A stretch of 24,000 nucleotides of DNA from Nitrososphaerota archaeon (GCA_033581555.1 JAVQSZ010000001.1:9000-32999); one strand, 5' to 3'; shown: positions 1 to 9,530, numbered from the stretch's first letter. Notes: generated by a model not told the origin, from the sequence alone. Numbers and translations are program-made.

Positions 1-220
1 CCCTCGCCACGCCCTCGATCAACCTGAGGCTCTCGAGCACGAGGAGGACGTCGTCCCTGTCCTCGAGCTGGACCGTGACCACGCCCGCGGACCTCGAAGC
101 AGCTCCGCCCATCGGGCCCCTCGGGTCGATGACCGTCACGTCGAGCCCGTCGAGCGCGGCCGCCATCGCCGCGAAGCTCCCGACGACTCCCCCTCCTACG
201 ACCGCCAAACGCTCGGGCAA
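1..220 (-). CDS. FAD/NAD(P)-dependent oxidoreductase, N-terminal Rossmann portion (partial, runs off left edge)
   Basis: Reverse-strand translation from TTG at 220: LPERLAVVGGGVVGSFAAMAAALDGLDVTVIDPRGPMGGAASRSAGVVTVQ...; GGGVVGS dinucleotide-binding motif. In-frame TGA just upstream of the TTG; frame open to the window edge. Confidence 0.6.
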   Translation of the reverse strand, partial: MPERLAVVGGGVVGSFAAMAAALDGLDVTVIDPRGPMGGAASRSAGVVTVQLEDRDDVLLVLESLRLIEGVAR

Positions 221-275
221 GGGTCAGCCCGAAGGTCTTGGGGCTCGGGCCGTTATCACCTTGTCCTCGGGGTTG

Positions 276-1700
276 CTAGGGCGGCCTGTTGCGGAGTGCG
301 TGCTCCTCGTCCGAGTACCTGAAGTACTTCAGTATGATTGGGCACCACTCCCTCTCCGGGCAGTACCCGAGGTGCTTGCACTTCTCACCGATCAACGATC
401 CCAGCCGGGGCGCGGCCCTCTCCACCTCCCTCCAGACCCTGTAGGCTATCGACCTCTCCTCCCACTGTGCTGCGCTGCAGGTCCTCGTCGCGACGAACCC
501 CATCGGGCTGAGGAGGTTGAAGAGGTCGTAGACCCTGACGGTCCGTATCCTGACTGATTGGGGGACGAGGTAGACCGAGGCCGCGGCCCCTGCCTCCTCC
601 TTGACCCTCTCGTGGAGCTCGAGCGCCTCAACGCAGACGTCGATGAAGTCGGACGACCTCGACTCCGAGGACCTGAGATCCGGTGGCACGACGACGTTCC
701 TCTGCGGGTCCCTGATCGCCCTCGAGGAGGCCTCGAGGACCGACTCGACCGCGGTCGGGACCGTCCTGTGCCTGATCGACTGGTGGTAGGCCGCGAGGGA
801 AGGGGCCTCCAAGACCACTGCCTCGACGAGCCCTTGAACGTGGGGCGCGAGGTCTGGTCTCTCCGCGAGGACTTCGTCGACGCCCTTGAGCGCCCTCAGC
901 TCGAGGAGCTCAGCGTCCTGCGGGACCAGGCCTCCGGAGACCCTATCTAGAAGACCGTCGGGCTCCCTCATCGGGTCGAGGAGCGCGTATTCGGTCCATC
1001 TCCCTGAGAAGGAGAGCCTCGACCTCACGGTCAGCGGTGCCGCGGACTCGAGCCCTCTCATCAGCGCCGATGCGAAGGCCCTCAGCTCCTCCGTCACGAT
1101 CCCGATGCCCTGTTGCGCCTTCCTGATCAGGTAGACAGCGGACTCAAAAGAGGAGGCGGAGAAGAACGACGTGGCGGTCGCGAGCGGGAGGACGTACCTC
1201 GCGTCCTCGATGGCGACGCCCTCTCCCACGAGCCTCGAGTACTCTGCGAAGGCCCTTCGGAGCCCCCTCACGACCTCGCTCTCAAGCCCCGTGCCCCGGA
1301 CCTCCGCGGGGACCAGCGTCTTCTCCTCAGTCACCGGCGACCTCCTCTGGCTCTCCTGGAGGAAGCTCCCGAACCTGGTGCTGAGCGCCAGCATCGAGAG
1401 CGCCCTCGAGCACCACCGGACCTCGAGGAACGGAATGAACGACGTCGTGAGCGAAGCGTGCCCCCTCCTCGTCGACTCGAAGTGGACCTTCGCCGCGAAC
1501 TTCCTCAGGTCCTTCCCCTTCGCGACCAGCTCGAAGGCGTTTCTCGCGAGGTCCACGATTGAGAAGGTCCCGACACCCTCGATCGCGATCACCTCGTCGG
1601 GTCCCAGCTGGATGCCGTCGACCCTCGACTTGGGGCCGAAGTCGATCAGCGTGACCTCGAGCTGGTCGGTGTACCTCAAGTCACAGGCAGACGGCGGCAT
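276..1700 (-). CDS. ThyX-like (FAD-dependent thymidylate synthase family) protein with two tandem ThyX-like domains
   Basis: 474 aa; half-domain 1 has CSRALSMLALSTRFGSFLQESQRRS and EDARYVLPLATATSF; half-domain 2 has HQSIRHRTVPTAVES. These resemble the ThyX signature RHRx7S and the A-R-x-x-L-P segment. Confidence 0.65.
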   Translation of the reverse strand: MPPSACDLRYTDQLEVTLIDFGPKSRVDGIQLGPDEVIAIEGVGTFSIVDLARNAFELVAKGKDLRKFAAKVHFESTRRGHASLTTSFIPFLEVRWCSRALSMLALSTRFGSFLQESQRRSPVTEEKTLVPAEVRGTGLESEVVRGLRRAFAEYSRLVGEGVAIEDARYVLPLATATSFFSASSFESAVYLIRKAQQGIGIVTEELRAFASALMRGLESAAPLTVRSRLSFSGRWTEYALLDPMREPDGLLDRVSGGLVPQDAELLELRALKGVDEVLAERPDLAPHVQGLVEAVVLEAPSLAAYHQSIRHRTVPTAVESVLEASSRAIRDPQRNVVVPPDLRSSESRSSDFIDVCVEALELHERVKEEAGAAASVYLVPQSVRIRTVRVYDLFNLLSPMGFVATRTCSAAQWEERSIAYRVWREVERAAPRLGSLIGEKCKHLGYCPEREWCPIILKYFRYSDEEHALRNRPP

Positions 1701-1894
1701 TCACGGATTAAGCTTGAGCAGCATGCGGTAGAGGCAGCGATTCAGGTCTGACCTAGGACCCGACCGACCGATTACGAGTGGGCCGTCAGGCCTAAATCCT
1801 CAGCGGGCCGACTGAGAAGCGGGGCGGTGAGGAGCAACGTCCATGCCGAGCGGTGAGGCGCCGATGGGCAGTCCGAGCCCCCTGCTCTCTGGGG

Positions 1895-2401
1895 TCACCG
1901 GTCCGCGAGCGCGCCCCTGAGGACCTGCTCCAGCCCCTTCAGCCCCCTCTCCTGGACCTCCTCGATCGAGCCCCTCCTCAGGGACCTGACGCGCGCTATC
2001 GCCTCCTCGGCCGCGACCCCCTTCGTGGCCATCAGGTACGCCGCGAGGACCGTCCCAGTCCTGCCCTTCCCGGCGGCGCAGTGGACCAGCACCCTCTTCC
2101 CCCTCGACCTGATGTCCCTGATCGTCTTGACGGCCCTGAGGAGGTCCCCGGCCGGGGGCATCTCGTGGTTCCTCATCGGGACGTGATGGTACTCGAGCCC
2201 CAACCCCTCGAGCAGCTCGTCCGGTATCGGGTCCTCGGTGAGCGATAGGACCGCGTCCACGCCCCTGCTCGCGACGTACAGGAGCTGGGACCTGTTGACG
2301 GGCCTGCCGGAGGCAGCTATCCCGTCCTCGAACCACCCGAAGTTCTGCGGGCTCTCGGCGAAGATCCCCCTTAGCCTCCTCAAGAGGTCTCCAGCGCCCA
2401 T
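1895..2401 (-). CDS. Dual-specificity / protein-tyrosine phosphatase family protein
   Basis: VLVHCAAGKGRTGTVLAAYLM matches the HCxxGxxRT(S) signature; upstream Asp-containing segment. Start taken as ATG at 2401 (MGAGDLL), not the extended ORF from 2680, which overlaps the divergent gene. Confidence 0.85.
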   Translation of the reverse strand: MGAGDLLRRLRGIFAESPQNFGWFEDGIAASGRPVNRSQLLYVASRGVDAVLSLTEDPIPDELLEGLGLEYHHVPMRNHEMPPAGDLLRAVKTIRDIRSRGKRVLVHCAAGKGRTGTVLAAYLMATKGVAAEEAIARVRSLRRGSIEEVQERGLKGLEQVLRGALADR

Positions 2402-2482
2402 CGGCCCGACCGCCTCCCGCCTCCTAAAAAGTGGGACCGTGCCGGAAGAGGTTGAATAGCCTCCAGCGGACGTTGCCGGCGG

Positions 2483-3373
2483 ATGGGCTCCGTAATCGTC
2501 GTCGCGGGGCCGGCGTCGGTCCACCTCTCGAGGAGGGTCGCGTCGGCGCTGGGCCTCGAGGCGGTGGAGGTCCAGCACAGGTTCTTCCCGGACGGCGAGT
2601 CCTACCTGCGGCTCGAGTGCGACGTCAGCGGGAAGACCGCGGTCCTCTTCCAGGGGACCCACCCGCCTCAGGACGTCCACGCGCTCCAGCTACTGATGCT
2701 CTCAAGGACGCTGAGGGAGAGGGGGGCATCGGAGGTGATCGCGGTCGTGCCGTATCTGGCCTATGCGAGGCAGGACAGGGAGTTCCTGAGAGGGGAGGTC
2801 GTGAGCCTCAGGCAGCTCCTCGGGCTCATGGCCGACTCCGGCGTCGGGACGCTCGTCACGGTGAACCCGCACTCCCCCTGGGCGCTGGAACGGGAGGACA
2901 TGAGGTCCGTCGCGGTCGACGTGACCGCCGAGGTCGCGAGGGGGGCCGCGAGGTTCCACGGGAGGTTCGACCTCGTCGCCTCTCCCGGGAAGAAGGGCGA
3001 GAGGATGGCTAGAGCTGCTGGCGAGGCGATCGGCGCGCAGTGGACCAGCTTGACCAGCAGCAGGGACCCGGTGACGGGCAGGGTGGAGGTGATCGTCCCC
3101 GAGGCCCGAGTCGAGGGCCGGAGGGTCCTACTGATCGACGACATCGTCAGCACTGGCGGGACGATGGTCGAGGCGGTCAGGGCGCTCAGGTCCCTCGGGG
3201 CGTCGGAGGTCGTCGTAGCATGCGTCCACGGCCTCTTCGTCGGAGACGCGGCGAGGAGGATCGTTGAGAGCGGCGCCTCGGCCGTCCACTCGACCGACAC
3301 CGTCACTTCGGAGCACTCGAGGATCTCTGTCGCGGGAGCCCTCACAGAGGCCCTGAGGCCGATGACAGCGTGA
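2483..3373 (+). CDS. prs: Ribose-phosphate pyrophosphokinase (PRPP synthetase) family protein
   Basis: RFFPDGESY, VVPYLAYARQDREF and PRPP loop VLLIDDIVSTGGTM; 296 aa, typical archaeal length. Confidence 0.82.
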   Translation: MGSVIVVAGPASVHLSRRVASALGLEAVEVQHRFFPDGESYLRLECDVSGKTAVLFQGTHPPQDVHALQLLMLSRTLRERGASEVIAVVPYLAYARQDREFLRGEVVSLRQLLGLMADSGVGTLVTVNPHSPWALEREDMRSVAVDVTAEVARGAARFHGRFDLVASPGKKGERMARAAGEAIGAQWTSLTSSRDPVTGRVEVIVPEARVEGRRVLLIDDIVSTGGTMVEAVRALRSLGASEVVVACVHGLFVGDAARRIVESGASAVHSTDTVTSEHSRISVAGALTEALRPMTA

Positions 3374-4398
3374 GGACCGGGAAGTACGTCGCCCTCCTCT
3401 CGGGAGACCACCCCGAGCTCGGACTCGGCGAGCTGAGGGCCGTCCTCGACGTCCTGGGCGTGAAGGGCGAGCCGGCGCTCCTCTGCGAGAGGCTCGCGTC
3501 CTTCGAGGCTACCGAGGAGAGGGCGCGGGAGGCGGCGAGGAGGTGCGCGTTCGTGAAGGAGGTGATCGGACTCGCGATCGCCGTCGGGCCCGAGCTGATC
3601 GGGTCAGAGGTCGAGGTGGACCCCTCTGCGTTGGAGGTGATCGAGGAGCCGTACGCGGTCAGGGTCGTGAAGCTCGCCGGAGCGGAGGCGCCGTCGAGGG
3701 TCGAGGTCGAGCGCTGGGCCGCTTCAGCGGTCGAGAGGTCGAGACCCGGTCTCAGGGTCGACCTGAAGTCCCCCAGGTCCGTCTTCAGGGTCTACGTCAC
3801 CGAGAGGCTCGTCGCCGGAGGGCCGGTCGTGGGCGTGAGGGACGGCGCGGGGCTAGCGAGCAGGGCGCCGGTGAACAGGCCCTTCAGGCTACCCTCTACT
3901 CTCCAGCCCAAGGAGGCGAGGGCGATGGTGAACCTCAGCAGGACGCCTTTGGGCTCGAGGATCCTGGACCCGTTCTCGGGGACCGGCGCAGTATTGATGG
4001 AGGCGGCGTCGCTCGGCTACGACGCGGTCGGGATAGAGGTGAGGACCTGGATCGCGAGGGGATCGCTGAGGAACCTGAAGGCGTTCGGACTGTCCGACAG
4101 GGCCGGCGTGATAGCGGGGGACTCGACGTCGTTGCCCGTGAGGGGAGGAGTCGGCGGCGTCGCGACTGACCCTCCCTACGGTAAGTCGACTCGGGTGATC
4201 GGCCCCTCCCTCGAGGACCTCGTCGACGGGGTCCTCTCGGAACTAGCAGAGCTCCTCGAGAGGGGCAGGAGGATCGTCGTCGCCTACCCGCTCGGCCGCA
4301 GGGCTCCGGCGGTCCTCGAGGGCCCCATGGTCGTCGAGAGGTATGCCTACAGGGTCCACTCCTCGCTGACCAGGACCATCAACGTCCTTCAGGTCTGA
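3370..4398 (+). CDS. tRNA (guanine-10-N2) methyltransferase-like, THUMP domain plus Rossmann methyltransferase
   Basis: ILDPFSGTGAVLMEAASLGYDAVGIE and TDPPYGKST (N/D-P-P-Y motif); N-terminal THUMP-like region. GTGA overlap with the prs stop. Confidence 0.82.
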   Translation: MRTGKYVALLSGDHPELGLGELRAVLDVLGVKGEPALLCERLASFEATEERAREAARRCAFVKEVIGLAIAVGPELIGSEVEVDPSALEVIEEPYAVRVVKLAGAEAPSRVEVERWAASAVERSRPGLRVDLKSPRSVFRVYVTERLVAGGPVVGVRDGAGLASRAPVNRPFRLPSTLQPKEARAMVNLSRTPLGSRILDPFSGTGAVLMEAASLGYDAVGIEVRTWIARGSLRNLKAFGLSDRAGVIAGDSTSLPVRGGVGGVATDPPYGKSTRVIGPSLEDLVDGVLSELAELLERGRRIVVAYPLGRRAPAVLEGPMVVERYAYRVHSSLTRTINVLQV

Positions 4399-4455
4399 GA
4401 CGGTGGAAGAGCGGCGCGCCAACCGTTTTATCCAGGCCCTCAGGGAGTAAGTGCG

Positions 4456-4878
4456 ATGTCGATCCCGAAGGACGGGCTCTCGGACGAGGAGGTCAGGAGG
4501 ATACTCTCGATGAGGAGGGTCGTGGTCGTCGGGATGTCGAGGGACCCTGCTAAGCCGGCCCACTACGTCCCCAAGTACCTCCTCGACAAGGGCTACGAGG
4601 TGATTCCGGTGAACCCGACCGCTGACGAGATCCTCGGCCTCAAGGTCCACAAGTCGTTGGCCGAGGTCAAAGGGCCCGTCGACGTGGTCGACGTCTTCAG
4701 ACCCTCCGAGGAGGTCCCAGAGGTCGTCAGGGAGGCAGTCAAGCTGAACCCGAAGGCCATCTGGCTCCAGGAAGGGATCTACCACCCGGAGGCCGTTGAG
4801 ATCGCGAGGAAACACGGAGTCACGATCGTCTGGGACAGGTGCATGATGAAGGAGCACAGACGGCTCATCAGGGCCTGA
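4456..4878 (+). CDS. CoA-binding domain protein (Rossmann, CoA_binding_2-like)
   Basis: VVVVGMSRDPAKPAHYVPKYLLDKGYEVIPVNPTADEILGLKVHKSLAEV...PKAIWLQEGI, characteristic of YccU-like CoA-binding proteins. Confidence 0.88.
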   Translation: MSIPKDGLSDEEVRRILSMRRVVVVGMSRDPAKPAHYVPKYLLDKGYEVIPVNPTADEILGLKVHKSLAEVKGPVDVVDVFRPSEEVPEVVREAVKLNPKAIWLQEGIYHPEAVEIARKHGVTIVWDRCMMKEHRRLIRA

Positions 4879-4950
4879 GACCACTTTACATTATTCTTTA
4901 CTTAGACTGCTTATCGCAGAAGATATACAACAATTGAGTTCAGTCGATTT

Positions 4951-6603
4951 TTAGAGGAGACCGAGGGACTCGACGTCCAGCTCCATGATGACCGTAGGCA
5001 TCTCGATCCCGAACTCCTCCAGCACCGATGGGTGCACCTCCCCTGCGAGCCCCACCTCGACGCCCTTGTTGGTTAGGGCCACGGACCTCCCGCCGATCAG
5101 GAACGGATAGTCCCTCTCCGTGGGAACGAGCTCGACCTTGAGGAACCTCGAGACCTCCTCGAAGACCGACTTGACCTCGGTGTAGGAAGCCTGGGAGTGG
5201 CTCGACGCGCAGGCGAGCCTCAGGGACCTCTTCGCCATCTCCGGTCTCGAGTCGTCGTGGAGGACGATGTCCCCAAGCTCGAAGAGCCTCTGCGGATAGG
5301 GGTTGTGCCTGTTCGCGGCGAGGTTGTTCAACAGCCCCGGGATCAGCGTCGTCCTCAGCGAGTCGTACTCCGAGGAGGCTGGGTTGAGGAGCCTCACGGG
5401 ACCGGGCGAGTCGGGAGGGAGGAACCTCCTCAGGACCGATCGGTTAGCGAGTACCGTGTTGATGACCTCCGTGAACCCGAGGCCTACCATCATCGACCTG
5501 AGGACCTCCTCGACGCGGGTCCTGCGGAGGACCGAGCCGAAGCCGTGGGTCTTCGGGACCTCCGGCTCGAGCCTGTCCCAGACCGCGATCGCCACCTCCT
5601 CCGCGATGTCAACTGGATGAAGCAGGTCGGTCCTGTGGGGCGGGGCCTCGACGAGGACTTTTCCCCTTCTCAGCGTGGCTCCGAACCTCATCCTCCTCAG
5701 CGCCCCGACGACCTCCCTCCCGCTCAGCTCCACGCCGAGCGCCTCCGCGACCGTCCCGAGGTCCACCTTCCACCTCGTCGGCCTGAGGTCAGGCGACTCG
5801 AACCTCCTCCTGCCGTCGACCACCTCGACGGTGTAGACCCTTCCGCCGAGGTCGTGAAGGTGCGAGACGAGGACGTTCAGGGCCCGGCCTATCGCCTCGG
5901 GGTCGGTACCGGTCACGTCGATGAAGACGTCTCGGGTCGACGCTGTCACCTCGGTGAGCGAGGAGTTGATCACCGGCGGGAACGACATCACCTCGCCCCT
6001 GCCGTCAAGGATCAGAGGCGCCAGGCCCGTGTGCCTCACCAGGTCGCCGTAGGCCCTCCCGGTGGGGAGCCTCTCGAGGATCTCCGCGCAAGTCATCGGG
6101 ACGGTGCCGTGGAGCGGGACGAACCTCACCTCGTCCAAGGGCCTTGCGATGTACCGGACCGGTGGCCTGACTCTGGAGAGGTCGTGGATCCCTATCGCGA
6201 CCTTCCTCCTGTTTCTCCCGAGGACCCAGTGGAGGTCCTCCTGGACGGCGATCAGCTCGACGAGGTCATCCTCCGTGAGCCCGAGGCCCCTCACGATCGC
6301 GCCGACCGCGTAGGGCCTCACCGGCTTCACGCTGTGATCGACGATCAACCTCCAACCCGACCTCCTCGCCCTGACCCTGTAGAGCCCCACCTCGATCCCG
6401 AGCAGGCCCTTTAGGGCTCTAGCAAGCCCGGCGTGTGATGAGAAGTCCGGCCTGTTGGGGTTGTACTCGGCCTTGACCTCGTCCCCAGCCACCTCGTCGA
6501 CCGAGACGCCGAGCCTCGCGAGGAGCTCCGCGACCTGATCCGGAGTGAGGTCCATCCCGACCATCCGGCTGAGCTTGCTGGCCCTGACGGTTATCGCCGG
6601 CAA
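4951..6603 (-). CDS. pheT: Phenylalanyl-tRNA synthetase beta subunit (archaeal type)
   Basis: 550 aa; YNPNRPDFSSHAGLARALKG, PVNRSSLTEVT-like B3/B4 and B5 regions, FTEVINTVLANRS, NPASSEYDSLRTTLIPGLLNNLAANRH; TTG start 6 nt after the pheS stop. Confidence 0.93.
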   Translation of the reverse strand: MPAITVRASKLSRMVGMDLTPDQVAELLARLGVSVDEVAGDEVKAEYNPNRPDFSSHAGLARALKGLLGIEVGLYRVRARRSGWRLIVDHSVKPVRPYAVGAIVRGLGLTEDDLVELIAVQEDLHWVLGRNRRKVAIGIHDLSRVRPPVRYIARPLDEVRFVPLHGTVPMTCAEILERLPTGRAYGDLVRHTGLAPLILDGRGEVMSFPPVINSSLTEVTASTRDVFIDVTGTDPEAIGRALNVLVSHLHDLGGRVYTVEVVDGRRRFESPDLRPTRWKVDLGTVAEALGVELSGREVVGALRRMRFGATLRRGKVLVEAPPHRTDLLHPVDIAEEVAIAVWDRLEPEVPKTHGFGSVLRRTRVEEVLRSMMVGLGFTEVINTVLANRSVLRRFLPPDSPGPVRLLNPASSEYDSLRTTLIPGLLNNLAANRHNPYPQRLFELGDIVLHDDSRPEMAKRSLRLACASSHSQASYTEVKSVFEEVSRFLKVELVPTERDYPFLIGGRSVALTNKGVEVGLAGEVHPSVLEEFGIEMPTVIMELDVESLGLL

Positions 6604-6609
6604 ACTGGG

Positions 6610-8145
6610 TCACCTGACCGCGAAGGTGCTCGCGGACCTGATCCAGGAGAGGTCGTTCAGGTAGAAGGTCCTGATGTCCTCGAGGCCGTGCACGATGAGG
6701 GCGAGCCTCTCGAGCCCCAGGCCCCACGCGAGGACCGGGTACTTGACGCCGAGCGGCCTCGTGACCTCTGGCCTGAAGACGCCCATGCCTCCTAGCTCGA
6801 CCCACCTCTCGAGGTCCCTGAAGTAGACGTCGACTTCGGCGGAGGGCTCCGTGTAAGGGAAGTAGCTCGGCCTGAACCTGACCTCCTTCAGCCCCAGCCT
6901 CGCGTAGAACTCCCTGATTATCCCCATCAGGTGCCTGAGCCCGACGCCGCGGTCCATCAGGATCCCCTCGATCTGGTGGAACTCCGCGAGCCTCTTCCAG
7001 TTGACCCTCTCGTTCCTGAAGATCCTGTCGACCGAGAAGACCTTGACCGGTGGCTCCCTGCGCTCCGCGAGGTACCTGATCGTGGTCGCGGTGGTGTGGG
7101 TCCTGAGGACGAGCCTCGAGGCCTCATCAGCGCTCCACCTGTACCTCCACCCCTTGGACCCTGTGTCGCCTCCTGTCTCGTGGGCCTCCTTTACCTTACC
7201 CACCAGGTCCTCGGGGAGCCTGCCGGTCGAGGGCCACTCGAGGTAGAAGGTATCGTGCATCTCCCTCGCGGGGTGGTCCTGGGGCTGGAAGAGGGCGTCG
7301 AAGTTCCAGAACGCCAGCTCGACAAGTGGGCCCTGGACCTCCTCGAACCCCAGCTCGACGAAGGCCTCCCTGACCCTCCTGATCAGCGAGGTGAGGGGGT
7401 GCTCCCTTGCGGCGAAGACCGGCTTGACCGGCGCGAGGACGTCGTACCTGATCAGGTGGACCGACCTCCACCTCCCGGTCTTGATCAGCTCGGGCGTGAG
7501 CTGGCTCACCGCGTCGACCGGCTGCTCGACGGACTTCGCGACCAGCAACCCCTCGCGGGTCGCCTCGACGACGTGCTCCCTCTCCTCCCTTAGCTTCACG
7601 AGCCCGGCCCTCCTCGAGAGCCTCGCAGCTGCGCCCGCGAGCGCCCCTAGCTCCTCCAGGCTTCTGGGGCCTGACCTCAGCGCCTCCAGCACCATCTCCT
7701 CCTCCGTCCTGTAGTCGGGGTAGCTGACCAGCTCGACGTAGGTCTCGTCGCCCTCCTTCGCGACCTCGACCCAACCCTGCTTCTTCGCCCAAAGGACGCC
7801 GATCCTCACCCTCTCCTCGTCCGTCCCCTCGATCGAGCGGAGCTCCGTAAGGCTCGCCCTGCCTCCCTTCGACCTCAGGAAGTCCACCAGCCTCCTCTCG
7901 GGAAGGCCCTTCGTGCTGTACTCGAGGCCCTCGCCGCTCAGCTCCGCGACGGTCCTCACGGTGACCTCGCTGACGCTGACCAGCCCCTTCGACGCGAGCC
8001 TCTCGACCGACTTCGCGACCGCTCCCCGGTCGAGGCCCGTCCTCCTCGAGACCTCGCCGAAGCTGAGCCTCTCTCCCGAGGAGAGCGCCCAGAGCACCCT
8101 CGCCTCGATCGGGTGGAGGGCGATCCTCCCGGCCTCCGAGCTCAA
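6610..8145 (-). CDS. pheS: Phenylalanyl-tRNA synthetase alpha subunit (archaeal type with N-terminal winged-helix repeats)
   Basis: 511 aa; HPLTSLIRRVREAFVELGFEEVQGPLVELAFWNFDALFQPQDHPAREMHDTFY, VFSVDRIFRNERVNWKRLAEFHQIEGI, VLAWGLGLERLALI. Confidence 0.95.
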   Translation of the reverse strand: MSSEAGRIALHPIEARVLWALSSGERLSFGEVSRRTGLDRGAVAKSVERLASKGLVSVSEVTVRTVAELSGEGLEYSTKGLPERRLVDFLRSKGGRASLTELRSIEGTDEERVRIGVLWAKKQGWVEVAKEGDETYVELVSYPDYRTEEEMVLEALRSGPRSLEELGALAGAAARLSRRAGLVKLREEREHVVEATREGLLVAKSVEQPVDAVSQLTPELIKTGRWRSVHLIRYDVLAPVKPVFAAREHPLTSLIRRVREAFVELGFEEVQGPLVELAFWNFDALFQPQDHPAREMHDTFYLEWPSTGRLPEDLVGKVKEAHETGGDTGSKGWRYRWSADEASRLVLRTHTTATTIRYLAERREPPVKVFSVDRIFRNERVNWKRLAEFHQIEGILMDRGVGLRHLMGIIREFYARLGLKEVRFRPSYFPYTEPSAEVDVYFRDLERWVELGGMGVFRPEVTRPLGVKYPVLAWGLGLERLALIVHGLEDIRTFYLNDLSWIRSASTFAVR

Positions 8146-8230
8146 CCCTCAGCCCCGACCCGACAGGCAGTCTATTAAGTTCACGAGTCGTGGTCGCACG
8201 TTTATAGTGCGGCGGTGCCCCCTAGGGGGC

Positions 8231-8749
8231 ATGAGGTTCAACAACGTCGACCTCGAGAGGGTCTCCAAGACCGTCGAGCTGCTGAAGTCTGACCCGGGGA
8301 AAGCAGTCAGGAACATCGAGGTGAGCGGACAGTGGGTGACAGAGCCGAGCGACGTTCAGTTCGTCGCGAGGTGCAAGGCCGAGTCGGGGGAGTTCAGGAT
8401 CGAGGTCGACTCGCCGAGCTTCCTCGGGGGGAGCGGGAGCAGGCCGGGCCCGATGCACTACTGCTTGGTCGGGATGACCTCGTGCTTCATGGCGACGCTC
8501 GTCGGGATCGCGGCCGAGAAGGGCGTGAGGCTAACAGCCGCTGAGGTCAAGGGGTCCTGCGAGGTCGACTTCTCTAAGCCGCTGGGGATACAGGACCGGC
8601 CGATCGTCAGGTCAGTGAGGTTCGAGGTCAGACTGTCCGGCGACGCGCCGAGGGAGGCGATGGAGCGGCTGGTGGAGGAGGCCAAGGACCGGTGCCCGGC
8701 GATCTACAGCCTAAGGACCCCAATCGAGCCGCAGGTCGCCTTGCTTTAG
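8231..8749 (+). CDS. OsmC family protein
   Basis: 172 aa from ATG 8231; GPMHYCLVGMTSCFMATLVGIAAEKG plus C-terminal RCPAIYSL, the two OsmC-type cysteines. Confidence 0.85.
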   Translation: MRFNNVDLERVSKTVELLKSDPGKAVRNIEVSGQWVTEPSDVQFVARCKAESGEFRIEVDSPSFLGGSGSRPGPMHYCLVGMTSCFMATLVGIAAEKGVRLTAAEVKGSCEVDFSKPLGIQDRPIVRSVRFEVRLSGDAPREAMERLVEEAKDRCPAIYSLRTPIEPQVALL

Positions 8750-8802
8750 AACCGCTTGGAAGGCGAGGACGGCGACAAAAACTTAACTACCGACGGGCAG
8801 AA

Positions 8803-9483
8803 ATGAATTTAGAGGGCTTGAGGGCCGAGAGGTCCCAGGACCTTCTGCTCCTCCTCGAGGGAGCTGGCAGGTTAGTCCAGGGCCTCGCTGTCGGTCCCGT
8901 GATCTACCTGAGGGCCCTCTTCGCGCTCAACAGGGTGAGCATGATCAGCAGGTCGGCTCTGGGCGCGAGGCTCGGAGTCGGAGAGGGGACCGCAAGGACG
9001 ATCATCAGGAGGCTGGCCCAGCGGGGGCTGGTGAACGTGATCAGGTCGGGATGCCACCTGAGCGACCAAGGCAGGGAGTTCCTCCGGAAGCTGTCGGAGT
9101 TGATGACCGAACCGAGACTAATCGGGCTCGAGGAGGTCTGGAGGTACGAATACAGCGTGGGCGTCGTCGTAAGGAGGGCATCGGGACACGTTGGGAGGGG
9201 CCTCGACGAGCGCGACGCGGCGATCAGGTACGGAGCGGAGGCCGCGATGGTCCTCAGCTACGTCTCGGGGAGGGTCATGATGCCCGAGGTCAGCGACGTC
9301 TCCGAGGAGCACCCCGAGTTCGCGAGGAAGTTGCTGAACGAGCTCGGCCCGGGAGAAGGTGACGTCATGCTGATCGCCGGAGCAAGGGGATTTCATGCCG
9401 CTGAGTCCGGCGCACTCGGGTCTGCTGTGTATCTGACGAGGAAGGTGCTCAGGTCGGGCGTCATGCCTGCAGGGACCGATTGA
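8803..9483 (+). CDS. Winged-helix DUF4443-like protein
   Basis: N-terminal HTH (ALGARLGVGEGTARTIIRRLAQRGLV); C-terminal LLNELGPGEGDVMLIAGA...; 226 aa from ATG 8803. Confidence 0.6.
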   Translation: MNLEGLRAERSQDLLLLLEGAGRLVQGLAVGPVIYLRALFALNRVSMISRSALGARLGVGEGTARTIIRRLAQRGLVNVIRSGCHLSDQGREFLRKLSELMTEPRLIGLEEVWRYEYSVGVVVRRASGHVGRGLDERDAAIRYGAEAAMVLSYVSGRVMMPEVSDVSEEHPEFARKLLNELGPGEGDVMLIAGARGFHAAESGALGSAVYLTRKVLRSGVMPAGTD

Positions 9484-9530
9484 AACTGATCCTAGAGCAC
9501 TCTCTCGCGGACCGAGAATCACTGACCCGA

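Noticed and set aside
558-950. 130-aa plus-strand ORF (and neighbours 601-789, 886-1134, 1113-1562) opposite the ThyX-like gene
   Set aside because: All are antisense shadows of the 474-aa minus-strand CDS, with no recognisable motifs.
1800-1860. Possible C/D box sRNA (GGTGAGGA ... ACTGAG-like words)
   Set aside because: C box is imperfect, order and spacing to a D box are wrong, no terminal stem; the words occur by chance in this composition.
2402-2680. N-terminal extension of the phosphatase ORF (2680 start)
   Set aside because: Overlaps the divergent prs gene; the extra residues look like antisense prs sequence. ATG 2401 fits the domain start.
5197-6414. 405-aa plus-strand ORF opposite pheT
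   Set aside because: Antisense of well-supported PheT; low-complexity R/P/D-rich translation.
7913-8230. N-terminal extension of the OsmC ORF (7913 start)
   Set aside because: Overlaps the pheS coding region on the other strand; the OsmC-like sequence begins naturally at ATG 8231.
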